From Chitinophagales bacterium (GTDB lineage Bacteria; Bacteroidota; Bacteroidia; Chitinophagales; UBA8649), in contig JBMZDS010000001.1 in NCBI GenBank assembly GCA_049614465.1, positions 1 through 36,362 on the forward strand: a stretch of 36,362 nucleotides of DNA, written 5' to 3'. The notes beneath the pieces were generated by a model, which did not search any database, was not told where the DNA came from, and worked only from the letters and a program-made list of their open reading frames with translations. Position 1 is the first letter of the stretch. Each line of letters starts with the position of its first letter. Position numbers and translations under genes: made by a program. This document shows, one piece after another, positions 7,924 to 16,060 of the stretch.

Positions 7924-10900
7924 ATGAGCGAAAAGAAGAAAGAAATAAAAAGAGAATTTGGCATATCTAGTTTTGCAGTCAATAATCGTACATCAGTCAT
8001 TATTTTGATGTTTTTGATCGTTGTGACAGGTGTGTATTCTTACATGACTATGCCAAAAGAAAATTTTCCTGAAATCAATATTCCTACTATATATGTAGGA
8101 GTTACTTATCCAGGAAACTCACCGCTAGATATGGAAAATCTCGTGACTCGTCACATAGAGAAAGAGATAAATACTATTACAGGGGTTACAAAAATCCAAT
8201 CAACAGCTATCCAAGATTATTCTACAACAGTGGTAGAATTTGATTTTGATGTAGATGTAGCAGAAGTATTGCAAGAAGTAAAAGATGCGGTAGATAAAGC
8301 AAAGTCTGAATTGCCATCAGATCTAGATACTGATCCGAATATATTCAAGATGGACTTTAGTGAGATTCCTGTCATCAATGTCAACATCTCTGGAGAAAAT
8401 TATTCGCTAGAGCAATTGAAAGGATATGGAGAATACCTAGAAGATGAAATAGAAGGTTTGTCCGAAATTTCGAAAGTAGAACTCAGAGGAGCACTCGAAA
8501 AAGAAGTTAAAATAGAAGTTGATAAAAGTAAAATGGATGCGCTTCAGATTGGATTTAGAGATATCGAAGATGCAATAGGTTACGAAAATACGACTATGTC
8601 TGCGGGTGATATTTTGATAGGAGAGGACAGACGTTCGATACGTATCACAGGAGAGTTCAAGACGATAGATGAGATAGCAGATATTATTGTAAAAAATGAA
8701 TTTCAACAAACAGTTTTTCTCAATGAGATAGCGGATGTGAAATTTACAGAGAAAGAAGCTGATAGCTATGCTAATATTTTTGGGAAGCCAGTTATTTCGC
8801 TTGATGTCATGAAAAGAGGTGGCGAAAACCTCATCATTGCAGTAGACAAAATCAACGAAATAGTACTCGAAGCGCAAGAAAATCGTTTTCCGAAAGACTT
8901 GGAAGTGACTATTACTAATGATACTTCTCGTCAGACAAAAATACAGGTAGAAAACTTGGAGAATAGTATCATCTCTGGAGTGATATTGGTTGTTTTGGTA
9001 TTGCTTTTCTTTTTAGGATTGAGAAATGCCTTATTTGTAGGAGTGGCTATTCCATTGTCGATGGTGATGGGATTTTTGATATTGAGCGCAATGGATATCA
9101 CGCTCAATATTATGGTGCTTTTCTCATTGATATTAGCTTTAGGAATGCTAGTAGATAATGGTATTGTGGTAGTGGAAAATATCTATCGTATGATGCAAGA
9201 AGGAAAAGACGCTATCACTGCATCTAAAGAAGGTGTTGGAGAGGTTGCGATTCCTATTATTGCTTCTACAGCGACTACGTTAGCCGCATTTTTTCCATTG
9301 ATTTTTTGGGGAGATATCATGGGTGAGTTTATGAAGTACCTACCTATTACATTGATTATTGTATTGTCATCATCATTGTTTGTTGCTTTAGTGATAAATC
9401 CTGTATTGACTTCTTTCTTTATGAAAGTAGAAGATATCAATGCTCCGAGCAAGAAAAGGGGAATACGTTTTTGGATTATTTCAATTACAGCACTTGTGAT
9501 AGGGACTATTTTGCTTGTCGTAGGATTGATTACAGGAAAAGATACACCCGTTACATTTGGGATGTTTTTCTTGGTATTGACCTTAATTATTTTGCTCAAT
9601 ATATTTGTGCTAAGTCCTTTGGCAAAAAAATTCCAGCTATCTTTTTTACCAAGATTAGAAAATGCCTACGAAAAAGTAATGAAATGGGCATTGAAAGGCT
9701 CGAAGCCAGTTATTTTATTCGTTAGTATGGTTTTCTTGTTTTTTGGATCTATTGCGTTTCTTATATTAAGTCCTCCCGAAGTTGTCTTTTTCCCAGAAGG
9801 AAGTCCAAATTATGTCAATGTATTTATAGAATATCCTACGGGTACGGATATTTCAAAAACAAATGCTTTGACGAAAGAAATAGAAGGAAAAGTATTGGAT
9901 GTAATGGAAAAATATGGTACTCAAGTAGAGTCAGTATTGACCAATGTAGGGTCGGGTACAAGCGATCCTAATGCAGGAGGCGTACCTGTGCAGGGCGCTA
10001 CACCTAATAAAGCAAAATTGACGGTCTCATTTGTTTCTTTTCAAGAAAGAACAGACCTAAATACGGATAAAGCTTTGCAAGAAATAAGAGATATAGTAGG
10101 TGATGTGCCGGGAGCTATTATTTCAGTATCAAAAGATCCTAATGGTCCTCCTGTAGGTCCTCCTATCAGTATTGCTATATCTGGAGAAGACTACGGTCAA
10201 TTGATAGAAATACACGACCAAGTAAGATTATTGGTAGCCAATTCGGGTATCCAAGGAATCGAAGAGTTGAAGTCTGACTTAGATCAAGGCAAGCCAGAAC
10301 TTATCGTCAATGTCAATAGAAAAGCAACACGTACTTATGGACTTTCTACGATACAGGTGGCAAGTGCATTGCGTACTGCTTTGTTTGGAAAAGAAATATC
10401 TAAATTTAAAGAAGGGGATGAAGATTATCCTATCATGCTTCGTCTGAAAGATGAGCAACGATATGATTTAGAAGCATTGAAAAGTATGGGAATCTCATTT
10501 AGAGATGCGGCAGATGGAAAAGTAAAACAAGTACCTATTGCAGCCATTGCTGATTTGGAATATAGCTCTACTCTTGGTTCTGTCAATAGAAATGATTTGG
10601 ATAGAGTGGTTTCATTGTATTCTAATGTGCTAGATGGATATGTCGCCAATAATATCATGACTGAGCTCGGAGAATTATTTGAAGAGGTAGATTTGCCAGA
10701 TGGCTATGAGATTAATTTTACAGGAGAACAAGAGCAGCAAGCAGAGTCTATGGCATTTTTATTGAAAGCCTTGATGATTTCGGTTTGTGTTATTTTCTTG
10801 ATTATTGTAGCTCAATTTAATTCTATTACTACACCCTTTATCATTATGTTTTCGGTAGTGTTTTCTACTATTGGAGTATTTTTAGGCATAGGTATTTTTG

Positions 10901-11367
10901 GCGATAAATTTGTCGTGATTATGACGATGATTGGTATTATCTCTCTAGCCGGTGTTGTTGTAAATAATGCCATTGTATTGATTGATTTTACAGAATTGAC
11001 CAGAGATAGATTGAGAGCAGAAAAAGGATATAAAGGCAAGCGTATGCCTAAAGAATTAATCCATGAAGCGATTATCACGGCAGGAAAAACACGTCTTCGT
11101 CCAGTATTATTAACTGCGATTACGACAGTCTTAGGGTTGATTCCACTAGCAGTAGGTATCAATATCAATTTCTTTGGATTGATGACGAAACTAGATCCAC
11201 AGTTTTATCTCGGAGGAGACAATGTTGTGATGTGGGGACCATTGTCATGGACAGTTATTTACGGATTGACATTTGCTACATTTTTGACATTGGTGATTGT
11301 ACCTGTCATGATTTTGATATTTGATAGAATGTCCAATCGTATGTACAAATTGATGGGAAAAGATTAA
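7924..11367 (+). CDS. Efflux RND transporter permease (AcrB/HAE1-type), 1147 aa
   Basis: Canonical RND layout: TM1, a large periplasmic loop, a TM2-6 block with LALGMLVDNGIVVVENI, a second loop and a TM8-12 block with AGVVVNNAIVLIDF. It is about 100 aa longer than classical AcrB (see finding). Confidence 0.92.
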   Translation: MSEKKKEIKREFGISSFAVNNRTSVIILMFLIVVTGVYSYMTMPKENFPEINIPTIYVGVTYPGNSPLDMENLVTRHIEKEINTITGVTKIQSTAIQDYSTTVVEFDFDVDVAEVLQEVKDAVDKAKSELPSDLDTDPNIFKMDFSEIPVINVNISGENYSLEQLKGYGEYLEDEIEGLSEISKVELRGALEKEVKIEVDKSKMDALQIGFRDIEDAIGYENTTMSAGDILIGEDRRSIRITGEFKTIDEIADIIVKNEFQQTVFLNEIADVKFTEKEADSYANIFGKPVISLDVMKRGGENLIIAVDKINEIVLEAQENRFPKDLEVTITNDTSRQTKIQVENLENSIISGVILVVLVLLFFLGLRNALFVGVAIPLSMVMGFLILSAMDITLNIMVLFSLILALGMLVDNGIVVVENIYRMMQEGKDAITASKEGVGEVAIPIIASTATTLAAFFPLIFWGDIMGEFMKYLPITLIIVLSSSLFVALVINPVLTSFFMKVEDINAPSKKRGIRFWIISITALVIGTILLVVGLITGKDTPVTFGMFFLVLTLIILLNIFVLSPLAKKFQLSFLPRLENAYEKVMKWALKGSKPVILFVSMVFLFFGSIAFLILSPPEVVFFPEGSPNYVNVFIEYPTGTDISKTNALTKEIEGKVLDVMEKYGTQVESVLTNVGSGTSDPNAGGVPVQGATPNKAKLTVSFVSFQERTDLNTDKALQEIRDIVGDVPGAIISVSKDPNGPPVGPPISIAISGEDYGQLIEIHDQVRLLVANSGIQGIEELKSDLDQGKPELIVNVNRKATRTYGLSTIQVASALRTALFGKEISKFKEGDEDYPIMLRLKDEQRYDLEALKSMGISFRDAADGKVKQVPIAAIADLEYSSTLGSVNRNDLDRVVSLYSNVLDGYVANNIMTELGELFEEVDLPDGYEINFTGEQEQQAESMAFLLKALMISVCVIFLIIVAQFNSITTPFIIMFSVVFSTIGVFLGIGIFGDKFVVIMTMIGIISLAGVVVNNAIVLIDFTELTRDRLRAEKGYKGKRMPKELIHEAIITAGKTRLRPVLLTAITTVLGLIPLAVGININFFGLMTKLDPQFYLGGDNVVMWGPLSWTVIYGLTFATFLTLVIVPVMILIFDRMSNRMYKLMGKD

Positions 11368-11393
11368 TCTTCTAAAATGGAGATGAAAATACA

Positions 11394-11427
11394 AAGCGAC
11401 TGCTCTTTTGAGTAGTCGCTTTTTTGT
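11394..11427 (+). terminator. Rho-independent terminator closing the efflux operon
   Basis: 12-bp stem aagcgactgctc / gagtagtcgctt (one G-U pair), loop tttt, then a T-run (ttttttg). Confidence 0.65.
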
Positions 11428-11454
11428 TTGAAAAGGAAATATTATATTTAATCA

Positions 11455-11853
11455 GTGAAAAAAATATTTCGCAATATCATCATCTTGATTGCACCATTTC
11501 TTATAATGTTTGTCGTCAATGAATTGTCGCAGCACCCTAAAAAACCAGATGGTATAATTTTTTCTGGTGTGAAAACAATCAATTATGATGGAGTCGTTAT
11601 GTACGAATGCAGCTGGCATTGTCATCAAAATACACAGTTTTGTATTGACAATCACACTCATTTTTTGCAGCCCGTTATAGATTATATCAATCCCATTTAT
11701 TTTGCTATTATCGATGGGCTTTTCGCTACTGGCAACTATGGTTTGGCAAATATTGTTTTTCTCGTTATTCTATGGCCTTTATTGATGTATTTTTTACTGA
11801 TAAAGTGCTTGAATCTGCGTAGCAAACTCAAACAAACAAAACACAATGAATAA
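11455..11853 (+). CDS. Hypothetical membrane protein with a Cys/His cluster (function unknown)
   Basis: GTG start. N-terminal TM helix, then C52-SW-H55-C56-H57-x5-C63-x3-H67-x-H69, then two more hydrophobic helices. Its stop overlaps the next gene's start (ATGAATAA). I recognise no family. Confidence 0.55.
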   Translation: MKKIFRNIIILIAPFLIMFVVNELSQHPKKPDGIIFSGVKTINYDGVVMYECSWHCHQNTQFCIDNHTHFLQPVIDYINPIYFAIIDGLFATGNYGLANIVFLVILWPLLMYFLLIKCLNLRSKLKQTKHNE

Positions 11854-12043
11854 ACTATTGGAAATAGGGAGTTTTATCTACATGTATTGCACAGATTTTG
11901 TCATCAATCTTGCTAATATGCTAGGACTGTCTTACTATGAAATCAATGCTATGATATTTTGTGTCATTTGGCCTTTGTTGACATTAATTTTATTGATAGT
12001 CTTTGTTTATTTATTTGTCAAGACAAAAAATATAAATAAGTAA
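11846..12043 (+). CDS. Small hypothetical two-TM membrane protein (65 aa)
   Basis: The start is coupled to the upstream stop by an 8-nt overlap. Two hydrophobic helices and a K-rich tail. I recognise no family, and short ORFs in AT-rich DNA are uncertain. Confidence 0.45.
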   Translation: MNKLLEIGSFIYMYCTDFVINLANMLGLSYYEINAMIFCVIWPLLTLILLIVFVYLFVKTKNINK

Positions 12044-12059
12044 TAATCATTGTGAGTCT

Positions 12060-12809
12060 ATGAAAAAACACACAATTCTTTTTGTTTTACTTTTTCTCTG
12101 TTTAATAAGTTATAGTCAACAAACAAAGCATAATGACATAATTGTAGATTTTGTAGAGAGAGTAAAATATGATTCTATTGAGGAACTTGCTAGACATGTA
12201 TCTTATCCTTTAAAAAGGCAATATCCTATTCCAGAGATAAACAATGAACAAGAGTTTATTGATAAATATGATATCCTTTTTGATGATAGTTTAAGCCAAA
12301 TAATAATTAACTCAGATATTACTGAAGATTGGTCAGAAGTTGGATGGAGAGGTATTATGCTTGAACTTGGTTTGCTTTGGATAGATGATATGGGAAACTT
12401 AATTGCAATTAACTATCAAACTGAAATTGAAGTAAAAGAGCGAGACTCTTTAATCTTAGCAGATAAAAATAGTTTGCATGAATCTATTCAAAATCATGTG
12501 ACTCCTATTCTTGTATGGGAAACGGAGAACTATAGAATAAGGATAGATGAAATGGAAGATGGAACTTATCGATATGCTTCTTGGAAAAAAGATGCTGCAA
12601 TAGATGCTGTTCCTGATTTGGTGATTGAAAATGGAGAACATAAGTTTGAAGGTTCGGGAGGCAATCAGACCTACAAATTTAGAAATGGAGCTTTCTTTTA
12701 TGAATGCTATATAAATAAATTAGGAGAAGCAGAATCTCCCAAAGGAACTTTGCGAGTATATAGAAATCGACAAGAGATATTGACGGAGTATACAATTGAT
12801 AAACTATAA
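12060..12809 (+). CDS. Hypothetical secreted protein (249 aa, function unknown)
   Basis: Signal peptide (MKKHTILFVLLFLCLISYSQ). Starts 16 nt after the previous stop. I recognise no family. Confidence 0.6.
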   Translation: MKKHTILFVLLFLCLISYSQQTKHNDIIVDFVERVKYDSIEELARHVSYPLKRQYPIPEINNEQEFIDKYDILFDDSLSQIIINSDITEDWSEVGWRGIMLELGLLWIDDMGNLIAINYQTEIEVKERDSLILADKNSLHESIQNHVTPILVWETENYRIRIDEMEDGTYRYASWKKDAAIDAVPDLVIENGEHKFEGSGGNQTYKFRNGAFFYECYINKLGEAESPKGTLRVYRNRQEILTEYTIDKL

Positions 12810-13114
12810 TGAGATAGTATCTGGTTAAACACTAAAATAGTGGTTGAAAGCCGGTGGTGTAGGTGTTAAGATTTGTTGACCTTATTGTTTTTTTCAATTT
12901 TCAAGAAGAATGGAGCGTTTAAAAAATCTATGTATGTCATAAAAGATATAATAGCCATACACTTATAGATTTTTAGCAGAATGAATCGTAGTAAAATTGA
13001 GAAAAAAGAATCCAGTCTTGACTTTTTTCGTTCTTTTTGTGTCAGGACAAAAAGGGCAAGAACGAATCTAAAGAATCATTTACGGTAATGTAGCCAAAAA
13101 TGGCTGATGGATTT

Positions 13115-14287
13115 TCACTTCTTTTCCTTAAAAGGATTTCGAGCAATGAAAGGTTCTGGCTTAAGATAAGTTGTCAATGGCTTTATCACGATATTAGAGA
13201 TACGATCATTATGTTTGATAAATGATTTGACTTTTATAGGTTTTGCACCCACTGTACTTTTGATAATACTCGCTGTTCGTCCAAAATGAACCTTTGCTTT
13301 CTTTCTTTCAATACCATACCGAACTAAATCATATAAAATACGCTGATAGATTTTAAGATTTTTATTCAAATTATAGTCCAATCCTATTAAGTGAATATCC
13401 AAAACATTTGGATTGTCAAAAAAGGACACAAATCCTACTAACTCATCTTCTTGAAAAAATCCTACAACCTCATATTGTGATGGAAATGCAGATTTGATAT
13501 CATAGTGATAATTGGGACTAACACAGGCAAGTTTGAAATCGATGCTTTGCATTACATTGCCATACAATTGATGTATTTTTCCACCATTTTCTTTTATGTC
13601 ATTAGCAGATAATAGTCGAGCAGTTATGCCTTTACTATTTTTCAATACTTTCTTGCAACGCACACGATATTTAGACGAAAAAGAAGCGAGATAATCTTCA
13701 AATACTAGCCACTCACTATCTAAATCGAGTATCATATCTGGTTCAACATCGAACGGACGAAATTTTTTGCTGATAAAAATATCTGCGGCTTCCCAGTCCT
13801 CTCTATAAATTTCTGAGATTAAGAAAGCATCTACATTTTCATTATCTGCGAGTTGTTTTGTTACCTCTGAGATGATTTCCCATTTCTTAGCGGCATCGAC
13901 CTCTTTTTTCCAGTACTGCCCATTTTCGCCAGTTATGAATATATTGCCGAGTACAGCTAGCGACCAGTTTACCTTTTGCAAGGCACAGTCTACAAACGAT
14001 TTGAAAGCTTTGCCTAGAAAATTTTTGTTTTCAGGAAGATATGATTTGAGTTCATTGCCTTCAAACTGTACTACTTGAAAGAAAAGCTGTGCTATCAATT
14101 CATTGTTTTCTTTGATTTCGACTATTTTGTAGTCAAGATGGGGATTGGCTTCTATTGTCTTTTGTAGAAAATCATACTGCTTGAAAAGTACAGGAGATGA
14201 AGTCCAATTTTCTTTATTAGTAGCATGTATCGATGGGAAAATCGACACCGTATAAGGATACACTATTTTTTCGTCACATGTTGGCAT
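13115..14287 (-). CDS. Large GNAT-fold acyltransferase-like protein (FemAB/Acetyltransf_6-like), function unknown
   Basis: 390-aa ORF. The C-terminal half has a GNAT-like pattern (VVGFFQEDELVGFVSFF..LDIHLIGLDY..IYQRILYDLVRYGIERKKAKVHFGRTA). The family call comes from general resemblance, not a diagnostic motif. Confidence 0.55.
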   Translation of the reverse strand: MPTCDEKIVYPYTVSIFPSIHATNKENWTSSPVLFKQYDFLQKTIEANPHLDYKIVEIKENNELIAQLFFQVVQFEGNELKSYLPENKNFLGKAFKSFVDCALQKVNWSLAVLGNIFITGENGQYWKKEVDAAKKWEIISEVTKQLADNENVDAFLISEIYREDWEAADIFISKKFRPFDVEPDMILDLDSEWLVFEDYLASFSSKYRVRCKKVLKNSKGITARLLSANDIKENGGKIHQLYGNVMQSIDFKLACVSPNYHYDIKSAFPSQYEVVGFFQEDELVGFVSFFDNPNVLDIHLIGLDYNLNKNLKIYQRILYDLVRYGIERKKAKVHFGRTASIIKSTVGAKPIKVKSFIKHNDRISNIVIKPLTTYLKPEPFIARNPFKEKK

Positions 14288-14364
14288 AGTAAAGCAACAA
14301 AACTACACAATTTAGAGTTTCCGTTGCATTAATTATTGATAAATCAAATACCTACCTTTACAAA

Positions 14365-16050
14365 GTGAACTACCAATGGGAAATACGTGATGCAGATGAG
14401 CAAAAAGTAAAGGAATTGCAACAATCTTTAAAAATTCATCCTATACTTTGTCAGCTTTTGGTGCAGCGGGGCGTAGAGACTTTTGATGAAGCCAAGGCAT
14501 TTTTCAGACCACAATTAGAAGACTTGCACAATCCATTTTTGCTCAAAGATATGGAGCAGGCTGTTGATAGATTGCACCAAGCTGTTATTGCTAAAGAAAA
14601 AATATTGCTCTATGGAGATTATGATGTTGATGGTACGACTTCTGTGGCATTGATGTATTCGTATTTAGCTGATTTTTATCAGAATATCGATTATTACATC
14701 CCAGATAGATATGGTGAAGGATATGGTATTTCATTCAAGGGGATTGATTTTGCTGCGGAGCACAATTATTCGCTTATGATAAGTCTTGACTGTGGCATCA
14801 AAGCAATGGAAAAAATAGATTATGCTACTCAAAAAGGAATCGATTTTATCATTTGTGATCATCATACCCCAGGCGATAAGCTTCCTGCGGCAGTTGCCGT
14901 TCTCGATCCCAAACGTAAGGATTGTATTTATCCGTTTAAAGAATTGTCAGGTTGTGGAGTGGGATTTAAACTCTGTCAGGCTTACGCCCAAAAGCATGGA
15001 AAAAATGAAGATATTCTTTTTGGCTTATTGGATTTTTTAGCGGTAAGTATCGCTTGTGATATTGTTCCTATTGTAGGCGAAAATCGCATATTGGCACATT
15101 ACGGTCTACAGCAACTCAATACTATGCCTAGTCTGGGTTTGAAAAACATTATCGAACTCCTTCAACTCACTAAAGATTTTACTGTAGGAGATGTAGTTTT
15201 TAAAATAGGTCCTAGAATTAACGCTGCGGGCAGAATAAAACATGCACGACAATCTGTAGATGTTTTATTGGGAAAAGAAGATGCCAAAAACCTGCAAGAG
15301 CTCAATATTGAGCGTAAAGAATTGGATAGCAATATCACACAAGAAGCATTGAATTTAATAGAAAATATAGAGGGTTTTGAAGAAAAAGTATCTACGGTAG
15401 TTTGCAAAGAAGATTGGCACAAAGGCGTAGTAGGAATAGTAGCGTCTCGATTGATAGAGCAGCATTATAAACCAACGGTTGTTTTGTGTGAATCTAATGG
15501 GAAATTGACTGGTTCGGCTCGCTCCGTAAAAGGCTTTAATGTATATGCGGCATTAGATGCCTGTAGTGATTTGTTTGACAATTTTGGAGGGCATGCTTAT
15601 GCGGCAGGATTGACCTTGAAAAAAGAGAACTTAGATGAGTTTATCATTCGCTTTGAGCAAGCCGTGAGTGAGCGAATTTTACCTGAACAGTTACGTCCTA
15701 AGATTCGAATAGATGCACAGCTCAATTTTAAAGATATTAATGATTCTTTTTACAATATTTTGCAGCAGTTAGCTCCTTTTGGTCCTGAAAATATGCGTCC
15801 TGTTTTTTTGACAAAAAATGTAAAAGATGCAGGATACACAAGAGTTGTAGGAGAAAAACATTTGAAACTACATATCAAAGATAAGCACAGTAAACAGCAA
15901 AAAGGAATAGCTTTTCAGCAAGGGTACCAACTAGAAAGTATTCAGCGAACTGAATGCGATATTTGCTATGTTATCGAAGAGAATGTATGGAACAATCAGC
16001 GAAATATAGAAATTAATGTAAAGGATATCAGAGCTCAGATTCCTAGTTAA
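14365..16050 (+). CDS. recJ: Single-stranded-DNA-specific exonuclease RecJ
   Basis: DHH motifs (LLYGDYDVDGTTS, SLDCGI, ICDHH), DHHA1 (GGHAYAAG) and a C-terminal OB-like domain. GTG start. Confidence 0.92.
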   Translation: MNYQWEIRDADEQKVKELQQSLKIHPILCQLLVQRGVETFDEAKAFFRPQLEDLHNPFLLKDMEQAVDRLHQAVIAKEKILLYGDYDVDGTTSVALMYSYLADFYQNIDYYIPDRYGEGYGISFKGIDFAAEHNYSLMISLDCGIKAMEKIDYATQKGIDFIICDHHTPGDKLPAAVAVLDPKRKDCIYPFKELSGCGVGFKLCQAYAQKHGKNEDILFGLLDFLAVSIACDIVPIVGENRILAHYGLQQLNTMPSLGLKNIIELLQLTKDFTVGDVVFKIGPRINAAGRIKHARQSVDVLLGKEDAKNLQELNIERKELDSNITQEALNLIENIEGFEEKVSTVVCKEDWHKGVVGIVASRLIEQHYKPTVVLCESNGKLTGSARSVKGFNVYAALDACSDLFDNFGGHAYAAGLTLKKENLDEFIIRFEQAVSERILPEQLRPKIRIDAQLNFKDINDSFYNILQQLAPFGPENMRPVFLTKNVKDAGYTRVVGEKHLKLHIKDKHSKQQKGIAFQQGYQLESIQRTECDICYVIEENVWNNQRNIEINVKDIRAQIPS

Positions 16051-16060
16051 ATAACTTCAA

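Noticed and set aside
8437-11168. Antisense ORFs of 118-146 aa inside the RND permease gene (8437-8877, 9183-9599, 10812-11168).
   Set aside because: These are shadow ORFs on the opposite strand of a strongly supported gene. Their low-complexity, Ile/Asn/Phe-rich translations are typical of AT-rich antisense frames.
11830-12136. The shared peptide QTKHN occurs at the C-terminus of the 132-aa protein and just after the signal peptide of the 249-aa protein, from similar DNA (caaacaaaacacaatga versus caaacaaagcataatga).
   Set aside because: The match is only ~17 nt with mismatches in A-rich sequence, so it is most likely coincidence.
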